Source: a virus
Length of the DNA stretch: 64,000 nt
Strand: one strand, 5' to 3'
IMG/VR virus record: IMGVR_UViG_3300028920_000029
Coordinates: 109,363-173,362 of that record
Shown: piece by piece, positions 1 through 9,796 of the stretch
Layout of the letters: every line of letters starts with the position of its first letter
How positions within the stretch are numbered: position 1 is the first letter of the stretch
The notes under the pieces: model-generated
The model's input: the letters and a program-made list of their open reading frames with translations, nothing else
What the model was told of the DNA's origin: nothing
Database searches by the model: none
Position numbers and translations under genes: made by a program

Positions 1-342
1 AAACTGGTCCGCTGGATATCCTATTTCACCATTGACGTAAAAAGGATGTGGCGGCAGGTCTACTATGACATCCACCTCCTTCCCGTCTGCTAGAGGAACA
101 GCAATCAAGTGAGCCTCGATAGCAGTATGTTTCTTCATCAAGGCGTGAAAGGTTTTACCTAGTAAGTCAGATGGACTAAAGGTAACTGAGATTCCTACCC
201 CAGTGTTGGTTGTGATGCAGGACTCAACGTCTATGTCTAACTTACACGACTTAGGTATCCTTAGGATGTTATCTTTGATGTGCTCCCAGGTTTCCTCAAG
301 TATGTAAATCTCGTTTACGTTAAATCTACGAGCGTGGTTCAT
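1..342 (-). CDS. hypothetical protein (runs off window start)
   Basis: AGGAGGTG RBS then ATG at 342 (MNHARRFNVNEIYIL...); frame appears open to the window edge; not in ORF track. Confidence 0.6.
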   Translation of the reverse strand, partial: MNHARRFNVNEIYILEETWEHIKDNILRIPKSCKLDIDVESCITTNTGVGISVTFSPSDLLGKTFHALMKKHTAIEAHLIAVPLADGKEVDVIVDLPPHPFYVNGEIGYPADQF

Positions 343-1360
343 CAGATGTCACCTCCTCCTTTTTATTTCCTTTAAGTAACTCGTACAGCTCAGTAGAAGT
401 TAGCTCTTTTATCTCTATTTTATCCTGGAAAGCTCCTGCCAGTTTCTGAGTTACCTTAGCTTCCACTGCCTCCTTAATTCGTTCACCGAACACAGAGCGC
501 ACCTCACCCTTAGTGGTGCACTTGGTATAGGATTCGAAGTTAGTATTTGTTTTGTATCTCTTTGTTATTCTTCCTTCGTTAGTCAGGATAAACTCTACCA
601 TACAGTTTATAGTTTCTATCCTAGCTAGTTTCTTTTTTGTCTTGTATCCCTTTAGATGATAAGGAAAAAGATCTTTGATGTCTTCCATCTTAAGATTAAA
701 ACTCAGTCTCGGAAGCTCATACTCTTCAACATGAAAACCCTCCTCAACCAACAAACTCTTTATGGGCTGAAACATAAATGAATCTGAGATGTCATCAGTT
801 ACCTCTACCCTTTCACAGCTATAGCCACCTGTATCTGGCTCACCAAAAGGTTTAACTAACGATACAACACCGCCATTTGGGTACGTAAGGTATGAGTTTC
901 TTACCCTAGCATTAAACTGAAGTATTGAGTTGTCGTTCGTCTTAAGTAACTCTCTCATGCGGCCTATCAAACGGCTTGATATCAAATGTATCCCATCTCC
1001 GAGTGCTTCCTTAAGGTTAGGAGTAAGTTCTTCGATCCTTTCTTTGAACCTTTCGCAAACCTTTTTAGAAATGTAAGTGTCATCATCTTTGACCATTGAG
1101 TATAACTCAGACAGCTGAGTGATACTTGTGATCTTTTGAGTTAGCACTTCGAACATGTCTGACTGGTAAACAACCGAGTACTTTAGCATTGCTGAAACAA
1201 AGTGTGTGGCACCACTAGGTTTTGAGGTTCCAACCTCAGGATTAACTAGGTAGTCATACAGCATCTCTAAGTCTGTATCAGGTCCCAGTAGCAAGACAAA
1301 GTCGACAAGACTTAACGCCTTATCTGTCTCAAAGAACCTGACAATACTAGACGTCTTCAT
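326..1360 (-). CDS. hypothetical protein
   Basis: 344-aa ORF with GGAGGTG RBS. Confidence 0.75.
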   Translation of the reverse strand: MKTSSIVRFFETDKALSLVDFVLLLGPDTDLEMLYDYLVNPEVGTSKPSGATHFVSAMLKYSVVYQSDMFEVLTQKITSITQLSELYSMVKDDDTYISKKVCERFKERIEELTPNLKEALGDGIHLISSRLIGRMRELLKTNDNSILQFNARVRNSYLTYPNGGVVSLVKPFGEPDTGGYSCERVEVTDDISDSFMFQPIKSLLVEEGFHVEEYELPRLSFNLKMEDIKDLFPYHLKGYKTKKKLARIETINCMVEFILTNEGRITKRYKTNTNFESYTKCTTKGEVRSVFGERIKEAVEAKVTQKLAGAFQDKIEIKELTSTELYELLKGNKKEEVTSDEPRS

Positions 1361-1536
1361 CTAACATCACCTCCATGTCAGTATTTTGTATGTGGTTTTT
1401 GAATCCTTGATTGCATCACCTCTAAACTCACCTCGGGTATCGATGATGGCGAACTTGGTAGAGTTAAACAAGCTGCCCTGAATAAATAAACCCTGAGCTT
1501 TCAGCTGCTTAACGTTGTAGCTGTTACCTATGACTA

Positions 1537-1860
1537 TCATACTGCACCTCCTTCCTCAAACTTTACTGCCTCAACAGTTCCGTGCTTGTCGTGGATTACT
1601 GAGTAAAGACTGTCATAGTCGTAGAGATACTCAATGTATACACAATCCTCTTTCTTAAACATGTCAAGGATTTGTTCTGCCACTTTCTTAAGCAGCGTCC
1701 TGGAGTATGCTGTTGGAATGTGTATGGATACTGAGTAGTCTGCAGTGACTGTACAACTTTCAGTGCTGTAGTCAATAGCAATGTCGTCAGTTTTAACCTT
1801 AATGAGTGGAGCGATGGCGTCTTTCAACACCACCTGCTCCGAGTGAGAATGTCTAGTCAT
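1537..1860 (-). CDS. hypothetical protein
   Basis: ORF coupled to upstream VWA gene, GGAGGAG RBS. Confidence 0.65.
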   Translation of the reverse strand: MTRHSHSEQVVLKDAIAPLIKVKTDDIAIDYSTESCTVTADYSVSIHIPTAYSRTLLKKVAEQILDMFKKEDCVYIEYLYDYDSLYSVIHDKHGTVEAVKFEEGGAV

Positions 1861-3112
1861 TGTTACCACTCCTCCCTTCGATGTCGGAAGAGATGTTAAT
1901 GTTGATGTACGGATTGACTGCTCCTTTGTAGTGCACCTCTTCGTTGGTAGTCATGATAACCGTACGGCTTCTAACTGGTCCAACTTCCAATGGAGGTATC
2001 TCACCATCAGTTAAGACTACAAAGTTACATCTCGCTCCGATAGTTTCTTTCTCGTGCTCTGCGAACTTAGCCATTGCTGGGTTCAAATCTGTACCACCCC
2101 AGCCTGGGATAGTCTTTGGTATTGAGTCACCTTTAGACAGCGTATGTGTAATTCCTGTATCGAAGAAGTACACTTTCTCTATCTCAGGCAACGCCAGAAG
2201 ATACCCTGCAAAGTCCTCGATGTAATCAAAGCATGAACCAGATACATCAACAGCGGCCCACACTTTAATCTTCTCGCTTCTTTTCCTTGGGAATATACAA
2301 CCAGGAATATGTATCCTCCTGTGCCCTCGGGAAAAGTCTGGCTTATCTCTGTGGATAATCTTATCCAGTATCTGTTCGAACGGAAAGGACTTCTTAACTA
2401 CTTTCATTAAGTCCTGAACAAACCCTCCAGCCTTAGAACCGTACGCTCCATTCTTAGCAGCTCTTACGATGTCATTGATATGCTCCTTAACATCGTCATC
2501 CAGTTCATCAGCATTAAAGTGAGGGTCATGCTCGTCTATCCTGTCTCCGTCCAAAGCTACAATTAGAGACCCTTTATCTTTCTCTTCCTGTTCCTTAAGA
2601 AGTAATGAGTATACTTCCTCAGAAGTTATCTCGTTTTCCTGCATACCCATCTCGTTGAGGTCAATTAACTTCTCTTCCTCAAGCTTCTGTAAGGACAGTC
2701 CAATCTCGTGTCCGTCTTCAGCTTTAGGCATACTAACATAGCTCCCGTAACTTCTGTTGATAAGAGAATTGAGTACGGAATCTGTAGCAACATTCCATAC
2801 TTTGCGGTCCTCTATTCTCTTACACCTTATCAGATGTCCCAACAGAATGTGAGCTCCCTCATGCATCAGGATATACATCTGTTCCTTGATGGGAAACTCA
2901 TTGAGATACTTAATGTTAACATGAAGTAAGAGCTTCTTGTTCCTGTCAAGACTGACTGCTGCCAGTCCTGCCGTTCCAGATATGTCCCTTACTGGCATCA
3001 GTAAGAACATGTCCAGGAAGAACCTGAGCTCAGGCTGCGTAGCGAACTGCTCGAAAGGCAACTGCGATCTGAGTTTATCAGACCCAGTAACTACGTCTTT
3101 AAATCCTGCCAT
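1853..3112 (-). CDS. metallopeptidase-like (HExxH) + VWA domain protein, DUF2201-like MoxR partner
   Basis: HEGAH motif, WNVATD, VWA MIDAS DVSGS, GGTD and LTDG motifs. Confidence 0.85.
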   Translation of the reverse strand: MAGFKDVVTGSDKLRSQLPFEQFATQPELRFFLDMFLLMPVRDISGTAGLAAVSLDRNKKLLLHVNIKYLNEFPIKEQMYILMHEGAHILLGHLIRCKRIEDRKVWNVATDSVLNSLINRSYGSYVSMPKAEDGHEIGLSLQKLEEEKLIDLNEMGMQENEITSEEVYSLLLKEQEEKDKGSLIVALDGDRIDEHDPHFNADELDDDVKEHINDIVRAAKNGAYGSKAGGFVQDLMKVVKKSFPFEQILDKIIHRDKPDFSRGHRRIHIPGCIFPRKRSEKIKVWAAVDVSGSCFDYIEDFAGYLLALPEIEKVYFFDTGITHTLSKGDSIPKTIPGWGGTDLNPAMAKFAEHEKETIGARCNFVVLTDGEIPPLEVGPVRSRTVIMTTNEEVHYKGAVNPYININISSDIEGRSGNND

Positions 3113-3126
3113 AAAACCTCACCTCC

Positions 3127-3678
3127 TCAGTAGTTTTTTAACTCTGGAAAAATTATGTCAAACCTGGTGTGAATGTATCTGTTCTTCGCGGCGCCTATCT
3201 TTAATGCTAAGTCATCTAAAGGGGCATACTCAAATCCTTTAGATTCATACTCCTCCGTAGTTGCATGCCACTCCCATAACTCTGATGCATTAGATACATC
3301 TCTGCTGCTTCTAGGTCTTGGGCAGTTAAAGTGTACTCCGCATTCCTCACCCATGATAGTTTGTTTACCACTCATGTCAAGCTCAACATTAGTGATTGAA
3401 TTATGCATTGATGCTAACTTACTGCAGTCAATCATGTACTGTCGAGCTTTCTTCATTGTAGCGATAACAAACGTTGTTGTAGCCTCATCAGGAATACTGA
3501 AACATGCAGATACATCTGGACTACGTTCTCCGTGGCAGTGTTCATTCCAGTAAGGTTTTTCAAGCATCACCAATCCTTTAAACTTCTTACTCAAAGCATT
3601 AAGGTACAGCCTTGAGTAGTGGTTGAAGATGCGGGAGTGCCAGTATTCCCTGGCACTCCCCGTTTTTCTGAGAAACAT
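3127..3678 (-). CDS. hypothetical protein
   Basis: 183-aa ORF between AAA and VWA genes. Confidence 0.65.
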   Translation of the reverse strand: MFLRKTGSAREYWHSRIFNHYSRLYLNALSKKFKGLVMLEKPYWNEHCHGERSPDVSACFSIPDEATTTFVIATMKKARQYMIDCSKLASMHNSITNVELDMSGKQTIMGEECGVHFNCPRPRSSRDVSNASELWEWHATTEEYESKGFEYAPLDDLALKIGAAKNRYIHTRFDIIFPELKNY

Positions 3679-3680
3679 GA

Positions 3681-4796
3681 TTATTTATCTTTCTTCGGTG
3701 TCTTCCCAAGCCTCTGCTTGAGCAGGTCATCGAAGTAAGTTCCGATAGGCTTACCTTTAGCAGTCAGTGATTCATACAGGAATGGATCACCATCACCAAC
3801 TAAAGTAAGGAACTTAGTAATAGTATCTGCTTCAGTCTCGGCATCGACCAGCTTGTCGATAAACTTCTGCAGTACCTCTTTCCTTTTCTTCTCAACCTTG
3901 TATTCCTTTTCAGTAAACACTATACCCGCTACTTCTTCAAGAGCAAAGGACCTCTTGAGGGCTTTAGCTTTACCATACTTGGACCACGCGGCTGCAACAC
4001 AGTTCAGCAGTCCTCTGGCGTCTATAATGGAATCCTGTACGAACTCCATTAACTTAACGACAGTGCTGGCAGACAGGATACCTTTGGCAAGGTCAGCGAA
4101 TTCTTTCATGTCGACATCCTTGGTCAGGTCCAGCTTAAGCTGCTTGCATGTGTCATCTAACTGTGACCACGATCTTGGACATGTCCACGGTTCAAACGGG
4201 CTGTCCTTGGACGGTCCAGTAACAAGAGCTTTCATTCCTATAGCCTTAACAAAGGCACCTATCTCTTTGATAGGCTTCTGGAAGTCAAGCCACTTGTCAA
4301 CTCTTGGCGGCTGCATCATGTAGACATAACCTCTTCCGCCAGTAAGCGCTGATGTAATTATCTTGGCGAAAGTACCGTCTTCACCACCCATGTTACCTGA
4401 GATAACAAACTGTGTCTTCTCAGGCAGCTTGATGTTATCCAGGTTTTTACCCAGGACTATATCAAGCACAGCACCCTGAACGTCCTCTGTTGCCAGAGTA
4501 AACTCGTCAAAGTGAACTACGACATTACCTTTGGAGTCTATGACTTTCTTCCAAAAGCTTGGCGCTTTCCACTCAACATAGTCTCCCTCAGGCGAAGGAA
4601 TACCTTTGATGTCATAGGCTTCAAGCCTGCCCAGTGACAACGTAATGTACTCCCTGCCCGCTGCGATAGCTCCGTCGTGGATTGAAACGGTTTTTCCTAC
4701 TCCAGGATCACCTAAGATGATCAGGGTTTTCGGATTAGCCATCTCGCTAAACCTCTTGATAAGACTTACACACTCATTCGCAGCAATTGCACGCAT
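3681..4796 (-). CDS. MoxR-like AAA+ ATPase
   Basis: Walker A GDPGVGKT, Walker B VHFDE, sensor CPRSW; near VWA gene. Confidence 0.85.
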   Translation of the reverse strand: MRAIAANECVSLIKRFSEMANPKTLIILGDPGVGKTVSIHDGAIAAGREYITLSLGRLEAYDIKGIPSPEGDYVEWKAPSFWKKVIDSKGNVVVHFDEFTLATEDVQGAVLDIVLGKNLDNIKLPEKTQFVISGNMGGEDGTFAKIITSALTGGRGYVYMMQPPRVDKWLDFQKPIKEIGAFVKAIGMKALVTGPSKDSPFEPWTCPRSWSQLDDTCKQLKLDLTKDVDMKEFADLAKGILSASTVVKLMEFVQDSIIDARGLLNCVAAAWSKYGKAKALKRSFALEEVAGIVFTEKEYKVEKKRKEVLQKFIDKLVDAETEADTITKFLTLVGDGDPFLYESLTAKGKPIGTYFDDLLKQRLGKTPKKDK

Positions 4797-4819
4797 CAAA
4801 ACCACCTCCTAAAAGTTTT

Positions 4820-4975
4820 TTACTTCTGTTTTGCTAGGGGAACTTTTTTAATTCTGGCGTCAGGATAAGCTCCCCTGCATTCGTTCTTAATCCTAAGCGC
4901 TTCGACGTGCCCGTACTTAATGGCAATCGTCATGTTTTTCGATGGAGAATACACGATGTACATAAAGTTCTCCAT
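4820..4975 (-). CDS. hypothetical protein
   Basis: AGGAGGTG RBS before MENFMY. Confidence 0.55.
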   Translation of the reverse strand: MENFMYIVYSPSKNMTIAIKYGHVEALRIKNECRGAYPDARIKKVPLAKQK

Positions 4976-4986
4976 GGCAACACCTC

Positions 4987-5322
4987 CTAGGCAAACTCTA
5001 TTCGTACTGAAGTAACTCCCCATGTGTCCATGTCGTTCACTAAATCTTCTTCCTTAAGAGGTTCTTCAGACGAACAAAAGTACCGTGACATCACTGACCC
5101 ATCCTTAAGTAATTTAACCTTAAGGCTTTGTTCCTTGTCAGTCTCCTTAACCGACGCAAAGAACTTTCTGAACAGGGTTGTTAGAATGGTTGGTGATGGG
5201 TCACTGTGGAAGTCTACCTCTATCACCCTGTCTCCAGTCCTTTGCAGGTCACAATGCTGAGCACGGTTAAAAACTTTAATCGCTTCGTAATACTTTGAGA
5301 GGTCTGTGTAATCTTCACTCAA
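4987..5322 (-). CDS. hypothetical protein
   Basis: ORF with GGAGGTG RBS. Confidence 0.6.
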   Translation of the reverse strand: MSEDYTDLSKYYEAIKVFNRAQHCDLQRTGDRVIEVDFHSDPSPTILTTLFRKFFASVKETDKEQSLKVKLLKDGSVMSRYFCSSEEPLKEEDLVNDMDTWGVTSVRIEFA

Positions 5323-5582
5323 AATAGCACCTCCATTTTTTGCAGAAAAAGTTTGACAACTTCTTTGGTAGGCTTATCAAAGATATAGGTGTCTCTGTTT
5401 TCATCCATTAACTTATCCGCATACTCTCCCAAACGCCTACCGTTACACGTAACCTCTTCCCACACCAAAATGTCGTGGTTAGCATAACGTAACACCAGTT
5501 CCAGCCACGTATGGAATAACATATGTTTCTGTTTTTCCACTAATTTCCGTCGTAGCCTTTGTTTATACTGGCGGTTATTCAT
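5319..5582 (-). CDS. hypothetical protein
   Basis: coupled ORF. Confidence 0.6.
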   Translation of the reverse strand: MNNRQYKQRLRRKLVEKQKHMLFHTWLELVLRYANHDILVWEEVTCNGRRLGEYADKLMDENRDTYIFDKPTKEVVKLFLQKMEVLF

Positions 5583-6000
5583 CTCCAGGCTCCTCTAACT
5601 TAACATAGATTTCGCCTGCTCTGCCGTGTAAGTAGACGCCTTTCTTTCCAGCCTGTGTAAGCTCTGGAATATCCAGCTCACCTGACTTAGCAACTTTAGG
5701 AATTGAAGCGACTTCACTTTCTATTTCTTTTAGGCGCTTAGCTTTAATTCCAGCTAACGCCTGGTCGAAATCAGAGGAAGGTATAACTCTTACCTTAGAC
5801 TCTGGTACATCTGCTTCTACTTCTTCGGGTGAGGCTTTAGCTAATACAGAGATAGCTGAGTCAATCTGATTAGCCTCCTCAACCAGGACTTTCTGTGCTT
5901 CCTTTTTACTTACCTGAGCAGCGCCAATGATATCGGCTTTGGTCTTACTCAGGGCAGTAATAACAGAAGAGTAACTTGGAACGTCCTTTTTCTTACCCAT
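5575..6000 (-). CDS. hypothetical protein
   Basis: ORF with AAGGAGGTG RBS. Confidence 0.7.
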   Translation of the reverse strand: MGKKKDVPSYSSVITALSKTKADIIGAAQVSKKEAQKVLVEEANQIDSAISVLAKASPEEVEADVPESKVRVIPSSDFDQALAGIKAKRLKEIESEVASIPKVAKSGELDIPELTQAGKKGVYLHGRAGEIYVKLEEPGDE

Positions 6001-6016
6001 GTAACTTCACCTCCTT

Positions 6017-6223
6017 TTATTCACTCCAATAGATTTCAAATCCTAACAGTTCCAAATTAAACCATTTCCTTCCATCGCTTGAATCTGCATGTATTCCAAA
6101 CAGAGCTACTTCAAACAACTCGATACATATCGCAAGGTTGAAGCATCTGTTGAGAATGTTAACATACGCTTCAAATCCTCCACGTATATTAAAGTTCTTC
6201 CAAGTACTACTAATCGTAAACAT
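6017..6223 (-). CDS. hypothetical protein
   Basis: AAGGAGGTG RBS directly after promoter. Confidence 0.6.
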   Translation of the reverse strand: MFTISSTWKNFNIRGGFEAYVNILNRCFNLAICIELFEVALFGIHADSSDGRKWFNLELLGFEIYWSE

Positions 6224-6243
6224 AGTATCACCTCCTTAATAAA

Positions 6244-6271
6244 AGTATACCCTAGATTGTCAAAAAGTCAA
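6244..6271 (-). promoter_or_regulatory. sigma70/SigA-type promoter
   Basis: TTGACT-N16-TATACT. Confidence 0.65.
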
Positions 6272-6274
6272 GGG

Positions 6275-6445
6275 CTAGTTCAATACAAAATGCAGCTGAT
6301 GTTCTTTAATTACTAAGTAGTTATAGTATTTCCTGACGTCCTTTCCTTTCTCTATGGGGATATTGTTGAGCTTATCCACCAGCACCTGAGACCTGTCTAC
6401 ATCGGCAGGCTCAGCGTGTACTACATATATCGTATCGTTATCCAT
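6275..6445 (-). CDS. hypothetical protein
   Basis: GGGGGTG RBS before MDNDT. Confidence 0.5.
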   Translation of the reverse strand: MDNDTIYVVHAEPADVDRSQVLVDKLNNIPIEKGKDVRKYYNYLVIKEHQLHFVLN

Positions 6446-6513
6446 GATTGCACCCCCGAGGGGAAATAGGTGACGCATCCCTTTCGGTTAACATCGCCAC
6501 CTTTTCAAGAGGT

Positions 6514-6723
6514 TTATTTCCTCTTGGTGTACTGCGGTAAAGCGTTGAGTGAAGCCTTTGTAATGTAGTGGTTAGGTATCTTGGCGTAGTTACCTTTCTT
6601 ACCCACTATCATCACGTCCTTACGTGTACGTGATACATACGTAAGTGAGGTACCTTTCGGTATACGTATGTTGGTCGGCCTGGTCGTAAAGTCTTTGTCT
6701 AATACTATCTTGTAATGTCTCAT
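6514..6723 (-). CDS. hypothetical protein
   Basis: small ORF with RBS. Confidence 0.55.
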   Translation of the reverse strand: MRHYKIVLDKDFTTRPTNIRIPKGTSLTYVSRTRKDVMIVGKKGNYAKIPNHYITKASLNALPQYTKRK

Positions 6724-6724
6724 G

Positions 6725-6928
6725 TTACTCACTCTCCTTGTGTTTAGATTTAATGACTAACAACAATATTTCATCTCTTAATGCTTGTTCACTACCAAAC
6801 ACATTATTTCTACATACTTCCTCTATATCCTGTATGATCTTGTTTGCTTTTAATAATTCTGTTCTACCTTTTTTGTTTTCTTCTATTACATTTAACACTT
6901 CTTTTGCACAAACTTTACATATATCCAT
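6725..6928 (-). CDS. hypothetical protein (AT-rich cassette)
   Basis: GGAGGTGAGTGAT before ATG. Confidence 0.55.
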   Translation of the reverse strand: MDICKVCAKEVLNVIEENKKGRTELLKANKIIQDIEEVCRNNVFGSEQALRDEILLLVIKSKHKESE

Positions 6929-7035
6929 ATCACTCACCTCCTTCACTCCCTATAAGATAACCCACTAAATAAGAAACTACAACTGATAATACAAAAACTA
7001 ATGAACCTAATATATCTTCCATATTACTCACCTCC

Positions 7036-7377
7036 TTATTCGTTTGGCGTGACGTAAGGAACTACTCCGCCACCTGTGAAATAATATTCATACCAGAGAT
7101 CCCCATCGGTAAAGGATAGGTTGCCTACTGATACGTGTGGAGCAATGGCGGCGAACAGTCTGTCCTGCCTTGCGTCCCTGCCGCCCAGGAACTCAATGGT
7201 ACCTCTGGTAATGGTGAAACCAAAGAGCCTCAAAGCGTGGTCTAAGTTCCTGGCGCACAGTATGCGCTGCCCCTTATCCCATGCCTTGCCGTACTTGACG
7301 TTACCTTTCAACGCCTCAAACGCAGCTTTCTCGTTCTCAATCTTAAGCTTGGATTTAAAACACCCGTGTCTGCTCAT
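7036..7377 (-). CDS. hypothetical protein
   Basis: 113-aa ORF with RBS. Confidence 0.65.
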   Translation of the reverse strand: MSRHGCFKSKLKIENEKAAFEALKGNVKYGKAWDKGQRILCARNLDHALRLFGFTITRGTIEFLGGRDARQDRLFAAIAPHVSVGNLSFTDGDLWYEYYFTGGGVVPYVTPNE

Positions 7378-7378
7378 A

Positions 7379-7606
7379 CTAATTCACCTCCTTAGAAGAT
7401 TTAAGTTTTCCCACTAAAATTTGTAGTTCTTTTTCTTTTTTTGCATTGAGTTCACGAATTTTGTCGTAATATGCTTCTCTGCATTCTCTACACCAATGTT
7501 TTACGCCCTTTATGTTTTGTTCACAAAGCATAATCCCTTTTGTGCTTCCTTCTTCCGAGAAAAATACATCTTGAGTTTTGCATAAATCACATGTATAGTT
7601 TTTCAC
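7379..7606 (-). CDS. small CxxC...CxxC zinc-finger-like protein
   Basis: CDLC and CREC motifs; AT-rich; bounded by 19-bp direct repeat. Confidence 0.55.
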   Translation of the reverse strand: MKNYTCDLCKTQDVFFSEEGSTKGIMLCEQNIKGVKHWCRECREAYYDKIRELNAKKEKELQILVGKLKSSKEVN

Positions 7607-7806
7607 GTCATACCTCCTTAGAAGATTTAAATCCGTAGTCCTTTACCTCTACCTTTGGTTTCCTGGCTATCGCTACCACCTTAACCGTCAAACCAATTAA
7701 GGCGTTAGCTCCCATACCTGCCAGAAACCAAGCAAACCAGTTAGTCATTACATCACCTCCTTATTTTTTATTCCTATGAGTGCGAGGGGGCCGAAGCCCC
7801 CAAGTA

Positions 7807-8517
7807 TTACTTACCGTCAGTTAACAGCTTAGATTTTTCGCTTACTTCTTTACTTGCCTGGTCAAGAATACCAAGAACTTTCTTACCCTGTTCAGACGCC
7901 ATAAGGGCTTTCTTGGTGAGATTAGTTTTCATCTTCTTGATCTGTGCAGGCAGCTCCTCAATCCTGTTACCGATATCCATAATCTTCTTGGATATCTCAT
8001 TCTGCTGTTTCTTGTATTTGTTGAGCTCTTTGAGCTGTTTCTTGATGAGCGCAGGAGAAACATCAAGGTCAACCTTAAGGTTATTCTCCCTGATGTTATC
8101 ATTCCCGTCGTATCTGGTAATCATTCTGGTTCTTTTGTTCTGTACGTTGAAGTAAACCTGAACCTCACCGACAACGTTTGTAAAGTCTGCGCCGACACCA
8201 TGACGGTCTACCTTACCGAGTGCGCAGTGTGCATCACAAAAGTAATACAAGGGAGTAGCCGCACCACCGAGGATTGCGCTGATGTTGGAGATAATAGGCT
8301 TGCATACTGTGTTAGCCCATTTCGTTACCTCTTCCTTGTGCTTTGCCTTAACAGCTTTAACCACCTCACGTAAGTCTGCGTTTTCCTTCTTGGCGGCCGC
8401 ATACTCAGCGGCAAGCTCTTCTCTGACTTGGTCTTCGTACACCTCAACCAGTTCGTGCTTACTGACTTTCATTTCTACAAGCTCAGTAAGGTCCGTGCCG
8501 AGAACTTTCTCACTCAT
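7807..8517 (-). CDS. coiled-coil hypothetical protein
   Basis: 236-aa helical ORF, GGAGGTG RBS. Confidence 0.7.
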   Translation of the reverse strand: MSEKVLGTDLTELVEMKVSKHELVEVYEDQVREELAAEYAAAKKENADLREVVKAVKAKHKEEVTKWANTVCKPIISNISAILGGAATPLYYFCDAHCALGKVDRHGVGADFTNVVGEVQVYFNVQNKRTRMITRYDGNDNIRENNLKVDLDVSPALIKKQLKELNKYKKQQNEISKKIMDIGNRIEELPAQIKKMKTNLTKKALMASEQGKKVLGILDQASKEVSEKSKLLTDGK

Positions 8518-8713
8518 AACTTCACCTCCATAATAAGATTGGTGTTAGTCTTCTTCCCATTCGTCCTTTGTTTCCTCCTCGCCGTTAACTCCTACCTCCG
8601 TAGCGATGTAGTTCCATAATGCTTTGCCTTCGTACTGGCTTTCGGGGAATGATCCGTATGCCTCGTCATACTCCCTGCATATCTGTTTAACTTTCTCTAT
8701 AGGCACTTCCATC

Positions 8714-8890
8714 TTAATACCTCCAGACGTCTATGATGCCCCGCACTGCTATATAGTAACAGGGCACACAGACCAGCAGTCGTATGAGTATCCCCATACC
8801 TATCTTCTTCATTGATACCCAAAGCCCCATGGTACAAGCGAACAGGGCTATCAGTAAGAACGTTACTACTAATGGATTCATAGTACTCAC
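8714..8890 (-). CDS. small membrane protein (paralog of 8887..9069)
   Basis: two hydrophobic segments; N-terminus STMNPLVVT. Confidence 0.55.
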   Translation of the reverse strand: MSTMNPLVVTFLLIALFACTMGLWVSMKKIGMGILIRLLVCVPCYYIAVRGIIDVWRY

Positions 8891-9069
8891 CCCCAAAGTA
8901 GGATTATGCTCCTGCCTAAGATAAAGAAGGCAAGGTAACATGCAATTCTATACATAGTTCTTTCAAGTACATCATCAACTTTAGTTTCTGTTAACCACAT
9001 CAAGCACACAACCACTGCCAAAGCACAACCCAGTAACACTGTCATAACGATTGGATTCATAGTACTCAC
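8887..9069 (-). CDS. small membrane protein
   Basis: two hydrophobic segments; N-terminus STMNPIVMT. Confidence 0.55.
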   Translation of the reverse strand: MSTMNPIVMTVLLGCALAVVVCLMWLTETKVDDVLERTMYRIACYLAFFILGRSIILLWG

Positions 9070-9264
9070 CTCCTATTAGTTTATAAGTCCGAGGGAGCCT
9101 AAGCTCCCTCATACTACCAAAGGCTAGACATCTTCATAGTAACACCTCCTTAGTATTATTTTATTTATTATTTATTTTATTGTCGAGCACAAGAATATTG
9201 TAGAGTACTACAGTACTAGGGGGTATACCTATGCTCGGTGCCCCCAGGGTGAAAATCACCTTCT

Positions 9265-9600
9265 CTCCCGATACCTAGGCTTCTAGGCTTCTAGGCTTCT
9301 AGGCTTCTAGACTTCTAATACTCCCGATACCTAGGCTTCTAGGCTTCTAGGCTTCTAGACTTCTAATACTCCCGATACCTAGGCTTCTAGGCTTCTAGGC
9401 TTCTAGACTTCTAGACTTCTAATACTCCCGATACCTAGGCTTCTAGTACTCTCGATACCTAGGCTTCTAGGCTTCTAGTACTCTCGATACCTAGGCTTCT
9501 AGGCTTCTAGTACTCTCGATACCTAGGCTTCTAGGCTTCTAGTACTCCCGATACCTAGGCTTCTAGGCTTCTAGTACTCCCGATACCTAGGCTTCTAGAC
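9265..9600. repeat. compound tandem repeat array, 9 units of CTC(C/T)CGATAC-(CTAG(G/A)CTT)1-5-CTA(A/G)TA
   Basis: directly visible; 24 CTAG(G/A)CTT octamers, whole array on 8-bp register. Confidence 0.95.
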
Positions 9601-9796
9601 TACCCGTTGGATACCCAACGCGCGGACTTAAGGTACCCCTCTTTCCCTATGGATATATCTTGGGTCCCCAGAAGGACTAAAAAATTTCCCTGGTATTTTT
9701 TGGGGATTGCTTGACAATATAAGGTATAATTTGGATAAATAAGGCTATCTGGGATGTTACCTCTATTTAGGAGGCGATCGTTGATTCTAGGGGGTG

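Noticed and set aside
7786-7801. Intrinsic terminator at the GGGGC-TTCG-GCCCC hairpin
   Set aside because: No U-tract follows on the coding strand; more likely a stabilising or processing stem.
9265-9600. CRISPR array
   Set aside because: Intervening sequences are copies of one octamer, not unique spacers; no cas operon nearby.
9711-9730. Plus-strand promoter TTGACA...TATAAT
   Set aside because: Spacer is only 8 bp and no plus-strand gene follows; it resembles the inner part of the 6244 promoter but cannot be called.
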